Assembly (NCBI GenBank): GCA_002737115.1
Contig: NSHR01000009.1
Span: 730 to 64,729 of the forward strand
Direction: 5' to 3'
From: Gemmatimonadota bacterium
Lineage (GTDB): Bacteria; Gemmatimonadota; Gemmatimonadetes; Gemmatimonadales; Gemmatimonadaceae
DNA: 64,000 nt
The notes below the pieces were generated by a model. The model did no database searches. It was not told the DNA's origin and worked only from the letters and a program-made list of their open reading frames with translations. The first letter of the stretch is position 1. Each line of letters opens with the position of its first letter. A program made the translations under genes and the position numbers. Shown here in pieces: positions 32,035 through 42,691 of the stretch.

Positions 32035-32108
32035 CGGGGCGTAGCTTAGCCCGGTAGAGCGCGTGCTTCGGGAGCACGAGGTCGCAGGTTCGAATCCTGT
32101 CGCCCCGA
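32035..32108 (+). tRNA. tRNA-Pro(CGG)
   Basis: CGGGGCG/CGCCCCG acceptor stem; cgtgc-TTCGGGA-gcacg. Confidence 0.96.
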
Positions 32109-32127
32109 CTGTATAAACTGTGTAAAT

Positions 32128-32166
32128 AGAGACCCCGCAACGACTTCGGTCGCTGCGGGGTTCTTT
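32128..32166 (+). terminator. Intrinsic terminator of the tRNA operon
   Basis: gaccccgcaacgac-TTCG-gtcgctgcggggtt stem with a cUUCGg loop and TTCTTT tail. Confidence 0.8.
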
Positions 32167-32189
32167 GTGTCAGCCAACCTGCCGGGTGG

Positions 32190-32633
32190 TCACCCCTGGG
32201 TCCACTTGGCGACCAGCCGCTGCCACGGGATCACCGCCGCCACCAGCGCCAGCGTGACCAGCGTGCCCACCAGCGCCCGCTTGGCCTTGGTGGCCGAGTC
32301 CGAGGCCTTCTTGACCCGCACGCTCGACACCGTCGCCACGATGACGGCCAGCACCATCAGGAACGGGTGCTCCACCACCAGCCGGCGCAGGGCGGGATCC
32401 TTCATCGTGCTGCTCATCGACGCGCGCGCCGCGGCCACCGCCGGGCTCACGAACCACAGGCCAAGGCCGGCCAGCAGCTGCAGGTGCACCAGCAGCGTCA
32501 GCTTCTGCACCAGACCGGTATCGGCTTCCGACCACGTGGCACGGCGGCTGCCCGCCCGCGACAGGACCAGCACGCCGACGATAAGGACGGCCCAGGCCAA
32601 CAGGTTGTGCGCACTACTCAAGAATCCGTACAT
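32190..32633 (-). CDS. Four-TM membrane protein with His residues (cytochrome b-like)
   Basis: GGAGGA RBS; 'SAHNLL', 'VHLQLLAG', 'VEHPFLM', 'IPW'. Confidence 0.75.
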   Translation of the reverse strand: MYGFLSSAHNLLAWAVLIVGVLVLSRAGSRRATWSEADTGLVQKLTLLVHLQLLAGLGLWFVSPAVAAARASMSSTMKDPALRRLVVEHPFLMVLAVIVATVSSVRVKKASDSATKAKRALVGTLVTLALVAAVIPWQRLVAKWTQG

Positions 32634-32751
32634 CTGCTCGTCCTCCGAAGAATGAAACGCACAAAACGCGCCGTGTGGCGGTCTCCCACGCGGGGAATGT
32701 TATCCTGCGTGCAGCCGCTCCGCTCCTTCTTTCTCACGACTCCACCCATCG

Positions 32752-33531
32752 ATGCCACTGACGCGGTCACGCCAAAAGGCCGGCAACGTGCTTGTCCTCG
32801 TGCTGGTCATCGCCCTCAACGGGCTCGCCGCCAGCGGCGCGATGAGCGGGGATTCCATCGGCGTGATCGCCAACCGCTACCGCTCGCTCTTCCTCCCGGC
32901 CGACTACGTCTTCGGGATCTGGAGCCTGATCTATCTCGGGCTCATCGCCACCGCGATCTATCAGGCGCTCCCCACCGCCGGGGCGGAGCGCGCCGTGCAG
33001 CGACTCGGCATCTGGTGGGCCGTGACCGGCGCGCTGAACGTGGCGTGGATAGCGCTCTTCTCGTTCGGACAGTTCGCGCTCGCGCTCCCCGTCATGGTGC
33101 TCTTTCTCGTCACGTTAGTCGTGATCGGAGAGCGGGTGCGCGCGGGCTCGGCCGCTTCATTTACTGAGCAGGCCTTCCTGATCTGGCCGCAGGACATCTA
33201 CCTCGCGTGGATCTCGGTGGCGCTGATCGCGAACAGCTTTCAGTTCGCGCAGGCCGTGCAGTGGAGCGGATTCGGCATCGCGGAATCCACTTGGGCCGTG
33301 ACCATGATGCTGGTGGCCACGCTGCTCGGCGTGACCATGGCCTGGGCGCGCGGCAACTGGCTCTTCCCGCTCGTCGTCGCGTGGGCGCTGCGCGGCATCG
33401 GCGCGCGATACCCGGAGGTCGCGGCCATCGCCGACACCACCCGTTGGCTGGTGCCCGCCGGCGTCGCAGCCGGCGCCGTCGCGTGGCTGGCCGGACGCCG
33501 CGCCCGCCACAACCACCCTACTTGGCGGTAA
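32752..33531 (+). CDS. TspO/MBR-like tryptophan-rich membrane protein
   Basis: 'FLPADYVFGIWSLIY', 'LNVAWI', 'IYLAWISVA'; Trp-rich, about 8 TM segments. Confidence 0.8.
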   Translation: MPLTRSRQKAGNVLVLVLVIALNGLAASGAMSGDSIGVIANRYRSLFLPADYVFGIWSLIYLGLIATAIYQALPTAGAERAVQRLGIWWAVTGALNVAWIALFSFGQFALALPVMVLFLVTLVVIGERVRAGSAASFTEQAFLIWPQDIYLAWISVALIANSFQFAQAVQWSGFGIAESTWAVTMMLVATLLGVTMAWARGNWLFPLVVAWALRGIGARYPEVAAIADTTRWLVPAGVAAGAVAWLAGRRARHNHPTWR

Positions 33532-33955
33532 CCTTGGCCAGCGCCGCCTCGAAGGCGAGTCGCGCCGCGTCGTCGCTGCTGATGCGCCGGGTGAGCTCGC
33601 CATAGCTCGCCTCGGTCAGCCCCTGCGCTTTCAGCACCACCGCCCGCTCCGTGTGGTACTTGGCGCGCAGCTCCGCCAGCACCTCTGGCGTCTTGTTCTT
33701 GGGGTCGGCGTACTGGGCGTCGGCCCGCTCCCGCAGGGTATTCACCGCCGCATGGGCGCGCGCGAAGGGAGTCATCGCGGCCACGCTATCGGCGTGGGGC
33801 GCGGCGGCGACCGGCGACACCCCGGCCGGCGGCGTAGCCGTCTGTGCGTGGAGCGGACGGGGAGACCCCATCATGGCACAGCCGATCGCCAGCAGGGGAA
33901 CAAGGCAGCGCAGCACAGGAAACTCCGAAGGCCGAGTGAGGGCGGCTGACAGCAC
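33518..33955 (-). CDS. Small secreted helical protein (DUF4168-like)
   Basis: Signal-like N-terminus ending LHA-Q; 'VLKAQGLTEASY...ISSD'; start uncertain. Confidence 0.55.
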   Translation of the reverse strand: MLSAALTRPSEFPVLRCLVPLLAIGCAMMGSPRPLHAQTATPPAGVSPVAAAPHADSVAAMTPFARAHAAVNTLRERADAQYADPKNKTPEVLAELRAKYHTERAVVLKAQGLTEASYGELTRRISSDDAARLAFEAALAKVTAK

Positions 33956-34116
33956 ACCGCCCGCGGAAGCTCAGCCCGTCAGGACTGTGCGTCAACGGGT
34001 TGGCGCGAGAACGCGTTGTATTCTTGCCATTTCGGCGCTCGCCCACGAAGGTTGAGGTTGGCAGTTTTGTCCCGTAGTTCCCCTCCCTGCAGTTCCCCCC
34101 CCGAACGAGGTCTGGC

Positions 34117-36636
34117 ATGAAGGCGATCTCCGCACTGGCGGTTACGCTCTCATTCGCCGTCGCCCTTCCCGGCCATAGCGATTCTCGGCCTACCGATCCC
34201 CCGATAGCGCCTCGCGCTGTGGGTCATCCGGTGATACCCCGCCCCGCGGCGCGCCGCGTCGGCGCGCTCAAGACGCCCCCCGTGAAATGGATGGCGCCGG
34301 AAGAGCTCAACGGGGTGGTCAAGCAGTACTGTCAGAAGTGCCACAATCCGACGATGCGCCGCGGCAATCTGTCGCTGGCGGACTTCGATGTGGGCGCCCC
34401 TGACGCGAAAGCCGACGTGGCGGAGAAGGTCGTCGCGAAACTGCGTTCCGGCATGATGCCGCCGGTAGGTTCGGCGCGTCCGAGCGCGGACACGCTCGAT
34501 GCGCTCGTGACCTCGCTCGAGCGTCAACTCGACGCCAGCGCCATCGCGCATCCGAATCCCGGTCGTCGTACGTTTCAGCGATTGAATCGGGCGGAGTATC
34601 GCTTGGCGATTGCCGATTTGTTGAAGCTCGACGTCGATGCGGCGGCGTATCTCCCGCCGGACACCAAGAGCGACAATTTCGACAACATCGCCGACGTGCA
34701 GGCGCTGTCCCCGACGCTGCTGAGCGCGTATCTGCGGGCGGCGAGTGATCTGAGCCGGTTAGCGATCGGCAATGCGGCCGCCAGTGCCGCCTCGAATACG
34801 TACACGATGCCGAAGCTGGCGTCGCAGGTGGATCACGTGGAGGGCACGCCGTTCGGTTCGCGCGGCGGCATGGCCGTGGTGCACATGTTCCCCGCCGACG
34901 GCGAGTATCGCTTCGACGTGAACTTCTTCCACGAAACCACGGGCGCCTTTGCCGGCGGCCTGGCCCGCGGCGAACAGATTGAGATTTCCGTTGATGGCGA
35001 GCGCGTTGCATTGCTCGGCATCGACCGCTTCATGCATGCCTCCGACCCGAACGGCGTGGCGATGGGGAGTGAGCGCGTGCGGGTCACCGCCGGCCCGCAC
35101 AAGATCGCCGCGGCGTTCGTGCCACCGGCGTTTCAGGGCGTCGTGCAGGATCTCATCAGCCCGCTCAAGTATTCGCTGAATAGCACGTCGAATGCGGTGG
35201 CATATGGCTTCTCGCTGTTGCCACACCTGCGCGAACTCACGGTAAATGGCCCGTACGCGGTGACCGGCGTGTCCGACACACCGGTGCGTCGCAACATCTT
35301 CAGCTGCCAGCCTGCCACCGTGTCTGCCGAGCGGCCGTGTGCGCAGTCGATCGTGAATCGTCTGGGCATGATGGCGTATCGCCGTCCGCTCACCGAGGAA
35401 GATCGCGCTGGCCTGATGTCGCTGTACGATGCCGGCCGCAAGAGCACCAACTTCGAGACCGGCGTACGCACGGCCCTCGAGGGTATGCTGGCCAGTCCCG
35501 ATTTTGTGTTCCGCTTCGAACAGGCGCCGCGCGACGTGGTTGCCGGTGCGAATTACAAACTGCGCGACATCGACCTGGCGTCGCGGTTGTCGTTCTTCCT
35601 GTGGTCGGCCCCGCCCGATCGGGCGTTGCTCACCGCCGCTAGCCGCGGCACGCTCTCGCAGCCGGCGGGGCTCGAGCGCGAGGTTCGTCGCATGCTCGGC
35701 GATCCGCGCGCCAAGGCCCTGTCTACGCGCTTCGCGGCGCAGTGGCTGCGCCTGCCCGATCTCGACATCGTGCAGCCCGACATCCGGCAGTATCCCGATT
35801 TCGACGAGCAGCTGCGCGGCGCGATGCGAGAGGAGACCGAGCTGTTCTTCGACGACCTAGTGCGCCGAGATCGGCCGTTGCTCGACCTGTATCGCGCCGA
35901 CTACACCTTCGTGAACGAGCGGCTCGCGCAGCACTACGGCATCCCCAACATCGTCGGCCCGTCGTTCCGGCGGGTGTCGTATGCTGACGCCGGACGGCGC
36001 GGCATTTTGTCGCACGCCAGTGTGCTCACGCTGACCTCGCACGCCGGCCGCACGTCGGCGGTGGAGCGCGGCAAGTGGGTGATGGAAGTGTTGCTCAACT
36101 CCCCGCCGCCGCCGCCGCCGCCGGGCGTTCCCGATCTCGAAGCGACCCCGGGCAGCAGTTCTGGCCGACTGCTCACGGTGCGCGAACGGATGGAGGAGCA
36201 CCGCAAGAGCCCCGCCTGCGCCAGCTGCCACAAAATGATGGACCCGATCGGTCTGGCGATGGAGCAGTACGACGTGACGGGACGTCTGCGCGTGCGCGAC
36301 AACGGCATGCCGATTGATTCGCGCGGCGATCTGTGGGACGGCAGCACCGCCAGCACAGTGGCCGAATTGCAGCGGGCACTGCTGCGGCGCGAAGACGCCC
36401 TGCTGCGCACGTTCACGCGCAACCTGATGGCGTACGCCATCGGACGTCGCATCGAAGCGTATGACATGCCGTCCGTGCGCGGGATCGTGCGTGACGCGGC
36501 GAAGCAAGACCATCGCATGACCGCCTACATCCTTGGCGTTGTTCGCAGCCCCGCGTTCCGCATGCAGCGGGCGGAAGGCGTCATTCCGAAGGCCACCGAC
36601 GCGTCATCCGGCGCGTCGTCCCCGTCGTCTAAGTAA
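34117..36636 (+). CDS. DUF1592-family protein (DUF1587/1595/1592/1588/1585 domains) with two c-type haem motifs
   Basis: CQKCH and CASCH; 'RLNRAEY', 'AYRRPLT', 'LASRLSFFLWSAPPD', 'TSAVERGKWV'. Confidence 0.92.
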   Translation: MKAISALAVTLSFAVALPGHSDSRPTDPPIAPRAVGHPVIPRPAARRVGALKTPPVKWMAPEELNGVVKQYCQKCHNPTMRRGNLSLADFDVGAPDAKADVAEKVVAKLRSGMMPPVGSARPSADTLDALVTSLERQLDASAIAHPNPGRRTFQRLNRAEYRLAIADLLKLDVDAAAYLPPDTKSDNFDNIADVQALSPTLLSAYLRAASDLSRLAIGNAAASAASNTYTMPKLASQVDHVEGTPFGSRGGMAVVHMFPADGEYRFDVNFFHETTGAFAGGLARGEQIEISVDGERVALLGIDRFMHASDPNGVAMGSERVRVTAGPHKIAAAFVPPAFQGVVQDLISPLKYSLNSTSNAVAYGFSLLPHLRELTVNGPYAVTGVSDTPVRRNIFSCQPATVSAERPCAQSIVNRLGMMAYRRPLTEEDRAGLMSLYDAGRKSTNFETGVRTALEGMLASPDFVFRFEQAPRDVVAGANYKLRDIDLASRLSFFLWSAPPDRALLTAASRGTLSQPAGLEREVRRMLGDPRAKALSTRFAAQWLRLPDLDIVQPDIRQYPDFDEQLRGAMREETELFFDDLVRRDRPLLDLYRADYTFVNERLAQHYGIPNIVGPSFRRVSYADAGRRGILSHASVLTLTSHAGRTSAVERGKWVMEVLLNSPPPPPPPGVPDLEATPGSSSGRLLTVRERMEEHRKSPACASCHKMMDPIGLAMEQYDVTGRLRVRDNGMPIDSRGDLWDGSTASTVAELQRALLRREDALLRTFTRNLMAYAIGRRIEAYDMPSVRGIVRDAAKQDHRMTAYILGVVRSPAFRMQRAEGVIPKATDASSGASSPSSK

Positions 36637-36647
36637 GGAGCCGCCTC

Positions 36648-38024
36648 ATGGCGTTCATCAGCCGCCAACCACTGCCGCGCCGTACGTTCCTCAAGGGACT
36701 CGGCACGATGGTCGCGCTTCCGTATCTGGACGCGATGATTCCCACCACGGCCTTCGCCGCCAGCGCACCGGCCAATCCGGCGCGCCTGCTCTGTCTCGAG
36801 ATGGTGCACGGGGCGGCCGGCTGCAGTCCGTTCGGTCTCACGGAACATCTGTGGGCGCCGCCTACGACCGGACGCGCGTTCGATTTAAGCGGGACGTCGT
36901 TGTCGCCGCTGGAATCGTGGCGCAAGTATCTCACGATCGTGAGCAACACCGACGTGCGCATGGCGGAAGCGTACAAGTCGGAAGAGATCGGCGGTGACCA
37001 TTTCCGGTCGAGCGCGGTGTTTCTCACGCAGGCGCATCCGACGCAGACGGAAGGCTCGGACATCTTCGCGGGCACATCGCTCGATCAGATGTACGCGCAG
37101 CGCTTTGGCCAGGTGACCCCGATTCCGTCCATGCAGCTGTGCATTGAGCCGCTCGATCGCGCCGGCGGCTGTGCGTATGGCTACTCGTGCATGTACACCG
37201 ACTCGATCAGCTGGAGCTCGCCGACCGAACCGCTGCCGATGATCCGTGATCCGCGCGTCGCGTTCGAGCAGCTGTTCGGCACGGGTGGCACGCCGGCCGA
37301 GCGCGCCGATCGCACGCGCAGCACGGGCAGTGTGCTCGACTGGATCACCGGACGCGTGTCGCAGCTGAATCGTCAGCTCGGCGCCAGCGACCGGCGTCGT
37401 ATGGAGCAGTACCTCGAGAACATCCGCGAGATCGAGCGGCGCATTCAGCAGGTCGAAGCGCGCAACGCGTCGGGTGAGGAACGTGAACTGGCCGGTGCAC
37501 CGGCCGGTGTGCCGGATTCCTACACCGATCATGTGAAGATCATGTTCGACCTGCAGGTACTCGCGCTGCAGAGTGACATGACGCGCGTGTTCTCGTTCAA
37601 GATGGGCCGCGATGCCTCGGCCCGCGTGTATCCGGACAGCGGCGTGGCGACGGGTTTCCATCCGTCGTCGCACCATGGCAACAACCCGGCCCGCGTGCGG
37701 GAGTTCGCCGAGATCAACCGCTACCACGTCAGTCTGCTGCCATACCTGCTCGACAAGCTCAAGACGACGATGGATGGCGATACGCCGTTGCTCGACAACA
37801 CCACGATCGTGTACGGCTCGCCGATGTCCGACAGCAACACGCACAACCACCGTCGTTGCCCGCTGATTCTGCTCGGTGGCGGCCACGGTCTGGCGTCGGG
37901 CAATCAGCACCTGAAGGCACCCGACGGCACGCCGATGGCCAACGTGATGCTCAGCCTGATGCACAAACTGGGCATGGACGACCTGAACACATTTGGCGAC
38001 AGCAACGGCGAGTTCGCGTTCTAA
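36648..38024 (+). CDS. DUF1552 (HXXSHH) family Tat-exported protein
   Basis: AAGGAG RBS; 'PRRTFLKGLG' twin-Arg motif; 'FHPSSHHG'; 'LLDNTTIVYGSPMSD'. Confidence 0.92.
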   Translation: MAFISRQPLPRRTFLKGLGTMVALPYLDAMIPTTAFAASAPANPARLLCLEMVHGAAGCSPFGLTEHLWAPPTTGRAFDLSGTSLSPLESWRKYLTIVSNTDVRMAEAYKSEEIGGDHFRSSAVFLTQAHPTQTEGSDIFAGTSLDQMYAQRFGQVTPIPSMQLCIEPLDRAGGCAYGYSCMYTDSISWSSPTEPLPMIRDPRVAFEQLFGTGGTPAERADRTRSTGSVLDWITGRVSQLNRQLGASDRRRMEQYLENIREIERRIQQVEARNASGEERELAGAPAGVPDSYTDHVKIMFDLQVLALQSDMTRVFSFKMGRDASARVYPDSGVATGFHPSSHHGNNPARVREFAEINRYHVSLLPYLLDKLKTTMDGDTPLLDNTTIVYGSPMSDSNTHNHRRCPLILLGGGHGLASGNQHLKAPDGTPMANVMLSLMHKLGMDDLNTFGDSNGEFAF

Positions 38025-38063
38025 TCTGTCTTTGACCTGTTTACCACGCGGAGCGAAGGGCAT

Positions 38064-39911
38064 ATGAATCGAGCGATGCTGAAGGTGTTCGGGGTGATCG
38101 CGCTGGGTATTCCCGGGGGACTGCCGATTGCGCTGCCTGTGGCGCTGCCGCCCACGACGCCGGTGGCCGATGCCGCCATGCGCGGCGATGGGGCCACGGT
38201 GCGTGCGCTGGTGGCGACCGGAGTCGACGTGAACGTGGCGCAGGGCGATGGCATGACGGCGTTGCACTGGGCGGCCAATCGCGGCGACTCGGCGCTCGCC
38301 GTCGTACTGCTGCGCGCCAAGGCGCGCCTCACCGCGACCACGCGGATCGGCGGCTACACGCCGCTTCATGTGGCGAGTCAGAACGGAGCCACCGGCGTGG
38401 TGCGCGCCCTGCTGGCCGCGAAGGCCGATGCACGCGCCGCGACGACCAACGGCACGACGCCGTTGCATCTGGCGGCCGTGGCTGGCGTTCCGGGCACGAT
38501 CACGGCGTTGATCGCCGCGGGCGCCGACGTGAACGCGAAAGAACCGTCGTGGGGCCAAACGGCGCTGATGGCGGCCGCCGCACGAGGCCGAGCTGACGCG
38601 GTGCGGACGCTGCTGAAGGCCGGGGCGGACCCGGCGATCACCGCAAAGACGGTGGATATCATGGCCGCTGCCGCGCAGGACCGTCAGGCCAAGTCGAAGC
38701 GCGATGCGGTGCTCGCGCAGCTGCGCGAGGAGCAAGGGCAGACGAAGAATCTGAACTGGATGCCGAATCCGCAGCAGGTGCAAGCGGCGGTGAAGGCCTC
38801 GCGCGAAGTCGAGGTGCTGGCGGCCTCCAAGGCGGCCCTTGAGGGCGCGGCCGCGGCCGCGGCGGCCGAGGAGGCGCGACTGGCCGCGCAGGGTGGTCGT
38901 GGCCTCGACGACGACAACCCAGCGTACAACGAGCAGCTCGGCGTGCAGGGCGGCCACACGGCGCTGCTGCTGGCGGTGCGCGAAGGACAGGTTGACGCGG
39001 TCGATGCGTTGCTCGATGGTGGCGCGAACATCGATCAGGTGAGCGCCGGTGACCACACGAGCCCGATGCTGATGGCCTCGATCAACGGGCACTATGACCT
39101 GGTGATGCGGCTGATCAAGCGCGGGGCGAATCCCAATCTGGCCAGCGACGCCGGCGCGGCCCCGCTCTTCGCGGTGCTGAACAAAGAATGGGCGCCTTCC
39201 ACGCGTACGCCGCAGCCGGCGTTCCAGCTGCAGCAGCAAGCCACGTATCTCGTGGTGGTCGAGGCGCTGCTGAAGGCCAAGGCGAATCCCAATGCGCGCT
39301 TGACCCGCTCGCTGTGGTATACCACGTACAACCGCGATAATCTCGGCGTCGACTTTACCGGCGCCACGCCGTTCTTTCGGGCGGCCTACGCCACCGACAT
39401 TCCCGCGATGAAGCTGTTGCTGGCGGGTGGTGCCGACCCCATGATCGCGACGATCAAGCCCAAACCGAGGTCGCGTCGTGGCGCGGTGGCGGTGACCCGC
39501 GAAGACCCGTCGGGACTGGCGCCGATCGCCGACGGCGGCTTGGGTGTGTTTGCGATTCACGCCGCGGCCGGCGTGGGATACGGACAGGGCTTTGCGGCCA
39601 ACGATCACCGTCATACCCCAGACGGCTGGCTGCCCGCGATGCGCTTTCTTATTGAAGAACTGAAGTTCGACGTGAACGCCCGCGACTTCAGCGGCTACAC
39701 CCCGTTGCATCACGCCGCCGCACGCGGTGACAACGTGATGATCGAGTATCTGCTCTCGAAGGGGGCCGATGTGATGGCGGTGGCCCGGAGCGGACAGACC
39801 ACGGTGGACATGGCGAACGGCCCGGTGCAGCGCATCTCGCCGTTTCTCGATACGGTGGCCTTGCTCGAGAAGCTGGGCGCGAAGAACAACCATCGTTGCG
39901 TGTCCTGCTAG
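38064..39911 (+). CDS. Secreted ankyrin-repeat protein with C-terminal CxxC
   Basis: Multiple 'GxTPLHxA...GADVN' repeats; ends HRCVSC. Confidence 0.92.
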   Translation: MNRAMLKVFGVIALGIPGGLPIALPVALPPTTPVADAAMRGDGATVRALVATGVDVNVAQGDGMTALHWAANRGDSALAVVLLRAKARLTATTRIGGYTPLHVASQNGATGVVRALLAAKADARAATTNGTTPLHLAAVAGVPGTITALIAAGADVNAKEPSWGQTALMAAAARGRADAVRTLLKAGADPAITAKTVDIMAAAAQDRQAKSKRDAVLAQLREEQGQTKNLNWMPNPQQVQAAVKASREVEVLAASKAALEGAAAAAAAEEARLAAQGGRGLDDDNPAYNEQLGVQGGHTALLLAVREGQVDAVDALLDGGANIDQVSAGDHTSPMLMASINGHYDLVMRLIKRGANPNLASDAGAAPLFAVLNKEWAPSTRTPQPAFQLQQQATYLVVVEALLKAKANPNARLTRSLWYTTYNRDNLGVDFTGATPFFRAAYATDIPAMKLLLAGGADPMIATIKPKPRSRRGAVAVTREDPSGLAPIADGGLGVFAIHAAAGVGYGQGFAANDHRHTPDGWLPAMRFLIEELKFDVNARDFSGYTPLHHAAARGDNVMIEYLLSKGADVMAVARSGQTTVDMANGPVQRISPFLDTVALLEKLGAKNNHRCVSC

Positions 39912-42691
39912 TCCGGTCGCTTCTCGCGGGCGGCCTCGCGCTTCTGCTGGTCGGGTGTGGCGGGGGCGACAAGGGACCGACGGCACCGGCCTCGGTCGCC
40001 TCCGTCGTCATTGCACCCGCGAATACCACACTACTCGTCGGACAATCGCAGCAGCTCACCGCGTCGACGCTGGCTGCCAGTGGAGCCGCGCTGAGCGGAC
40101 GGTCCGTCACGTGGAGCTCATCGAACAGTGCCGTGGGCACGGTGTCCGGTACGGGACTGCTCGCGGTGACCGCCCCCGGTGCGACGACGATCACCGCCAC
40201 GAGTGAAGGCCGGGTCGGTACGGCGACGATCACGGTCATTCCGGTCCCGGTGGCGAGCGTCGTGGTGACCCCGGGGACGACGTCGATCCTGGTCGGACAA
40301 ACCGTGCAGCTCACGGCCGCCGCGCGGGACAGCGTAGGCGGAGCGCTCTCCGGTCGCGAGGTGACCTGGAGCTCGAGCGACGTAACACGCGCGACCGTGT
40401 CCGGGACAGGGCTCGCGACGGCCCTCACAGTGGGCCCTGTGAGCATTTCGGGCACGACTGAGGGAAAGAGTGGCACCGCCTCCATTTCGGTGCTTCCCGT
40501 GCCCGTGGCGAGCGTGGCGATCGATGCGCCCCCCGCCCTGATCCGCGTTGGGCAGGCGGTGCAGCTGTCGGCCGCCGCCCGCGACAGTATCGGTGGCGCG
40601 CTGGCCGGTCGTCTCATCGCATGGTCATCAAATGACGCGACCATCGCCTCAGTCTCCGCGTCGGGCGTGTTGACGGGACTGCGCGCGGGGACGGTCACGA
40701 TCTCCGCGGCCTCGGAAGGACGGAGCGCAACGGCCACCGTGACGGTGACCGCCTCGCTCGCGCCGCTCGTGATCCGTATCGCACCAGCCACGCTGACGCC
40801 CGGCCAGAGTGCCACGCTGACCGGCATCGGCTTTGCCGACGCGCTCGCCGAGAACAGGGTGACCGTGCGCGGCCAACCGGCCATCGTGAACAGTGTGTCC
40901 CCGACGCAGCTTACGTTCACCGTGCCCTGCGTGAACAGCGGGACCGTCGCTGTGCAGGTGACCACCGCGCTCGGCGTGGGTGCGCCGCTGTCGGCTCCGC
41001 TCACCGTGTCCGCGCGTCCGCTGGCCCGCGGCGAGTCGATGATCATGAACTCCGCCGACGCCAGCGTCTGCAACGAGCTGACATCGCTGTCCGCCTCGGC
41101 GCGCTATCTCGTGGTCGTGTCCAGCGCCGCCACGACGGCCAATGCCCAAGTCGACTTCCTGCTTTCGGGCAACACGCCGCCGCCGACGGCGAGCATCGGT
41201 CGGATTCCAGCGCCCATCGCGCGCGCCGTGCGTTCCTCCGAGGCCGCGGCGCCGGATGCCCATTTCGCGCATCTCGAACGGGAGCGGGCACTCTACGCGT
41301 CGCTGCACGCCAGCGGTGCCTTCCGTGAACGCCCGAAGCGCGCGACCACGGCGTCGGCCGCCCCCGGCCTTCGCGCGCCACCAGTGGTCGGCGACATGCG
41401 CGAGTTCTACTACAACTTCGGCGGCTGTGCCGACTCCACCAAGACGTTTCGCGGGCGCGCGATCAACATCGGCACGCGCGCGATCATCTGGGAGGATTCC
41501 GCGAACACGCTGCAGTCGTCGACCGACAACGCGCTCGCCGGCTATTACGCGCGACTCGGGCGGATTTTCGACGACGACCAGTACGAGGCCATTCGCAGCA
41601 CGTTCGGCGATCCGCTGCGCCGCGATGCGGCGCTCGACAACGACGGCCGATTGCAGATGGTATTCACGCAGCGCCTCAATGGCAGCGGAGCGGCGGCCTA
41701 CGTGACGTCGTGCGACCAGTCGGCGCGCAACACCACCAACCGGGCGGGCAGCAACTTCGGAGAGCTGTTTTACGGCACGGTGCCCACCACCGCCGGCTCG
41801 AACGTGAACAGCACGACGTTCCCCGACGGCTGGTTCTACTTCATGGCGCGGACCGTGGTGCACGAGGTCAAGCACATTGCGTCGCTGTCGGCGCGGGTGG
41901 CCAACGGGGCACTGTCGTTCGAGTCGTCGTGGCTGGAGGAGGGGACGGCGCGACACGCCGAGGAGATCTGGGTGCGCGCATCGCTGCACCGCGTGCCGTG
42001 GAAGGGAAACACCGGCTACGGCAGCGCGGCCACCAACGGGATTTTCTGCGATTTCAATCCGGCAAATGCGACCTGCAACGCGGCCGATGCGTTGCGTCGA
42101 CCAAGCTACGGTATGCGCCGGCAGTTCAACGAGATCCGGCCGAAGCTGCTCGATCCATGGGATTGGTCGCCGTACGGCGATGCCACTGGGCAGACCGGTT
42201 CGGTGTTCTACCAAACCGTGTGGTCGCTGGTGCGCTACGCGATCGATCGATACGGCGCCAGCGATGCGGCCTTTCTCGGGGCACTCACCAACAGCGTGTC
42301 CAGCGGCACCACGAATCTCGCCAGTGTCAGTGGTGTGCCGATGGATCGCCTGATCGGCGGATGGGGCCTCGCCCTGTACGCCGACGACTATCCCGGGCTC
42401 GGTACGGCAAATGCGGATGTCATCGTACCGACGTGGAATCTGCGTGACATCTACGCCGGCTTGAACGCCGATCCCGCGTGGCGCACGCGCTGGACCAGTG
42501 CGATCCCGATCACGCCGGTCGCGGCGCCTTTCGGGGCGTTCGAGACCACGCGTACGGGATTACGCGGTGGCGCGCATGCGTACTTCGAACTGTCGGGGGC
42601 GGTGACGTCCCCGCAACTGCTACGGCTGCGCAGTATCACCGGCGGCGTGGCATCCACGAACCTGCGCCTCTCGATCCTTCGGCTCCAATGA
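39896..42691 (+). CDS. Lipoprotein with three Ig-like (Big_2) repeats, IPT/TIG-like domain and HEXXH zinc peptidase (M30-like)
   Basis: Lipobox LVGC; three 'VASVV..P...VTWSSS...VSGTGL...EG..GTA' repeats; 'VHEVKH...WLEEG'. Confidence 0.85.
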   Translation: MRVLLVRSLLAGGLALLLVGCGGGDKGPTAPASVASVVIAPANTTLLVGQSQQLTASTLAASGAALSGRSVTWSSSNSAVGTVSGTGLLAVTAPGATTITATSEGRVGTATITVIPVPVASVVVTPGTTSILVGQTVQLTAAARDSVGGALSGREVTWSSSDVTRATVSGTGLATALTVGPVSISGTTEGKSGTASISVLPVPVASVAIDAPPALIRVGQAVQLSAAARDSIGGALAGRLIAWSSNDATIASVSASGVLTGLRAGTVTISAASEGRSATATVTVTASLAPLVIRIAPATLTPGQSATLTGIGFADALAENRVTVRGQPAIVNSVSPTQLTFTVPCVNSGTVAVQVTTALGVGAPLSAPLTVSARPLARGESMIMNSADASVCNELTSLSASARYLVVVSSAATTANAQVDFLLSGNTPPPTASIGRIPAPIARAVRSSEAAAPDAHFAHLERERALYASLHASGAFRERPKRATTASAAPGLRAPPVVGDMREFYYNFGGCADSTKTFRGRAINIGTRAIIWEDSANTLQSSTDNALAGYYARLGRIFDDDQYEAIRSTFGDPLRRDAALDNDGRLQMVFTQRLNGSGAAAYVTSCDQSARNTTNRAGSNFGELFYGTVPTTAGSNVNSTTFPDGWFYFMARTVVHEVKHIASLSARVANGALSFESSWLEEGTARHAEEIWVRASLHRVPWKGNTGYGSAATNGIFCDFNPANATCNAADALRRPSYGMRRQFNEIRPKLLDPWDWSPYGDATGQTGSVFYQTVWSLVRYAIDRYGASDAAFLGALTNSVSSGTTNLASVSGVPMDRLIGGWGLALYADDYPGLGTANADVIVPTWNLRDIYAGLNADPAWRTRWTSAIPITPVAAPFGAFETTRTGLRGGAHAYFELSGAVTSPQLLRLRSITGGVASTNLRLSILRLQ

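Noticed and set aside
36885-39986. 1033-aa antisense ORF, and similar long ORFs at 5773-7911, 14078-15910, 23564-25291, 26017-27702 and 54556-56700
   Set aside because: They lie antisense to well-supported genes, have no motifs, and are the expected shadow ORFs of high-GC codon usage.
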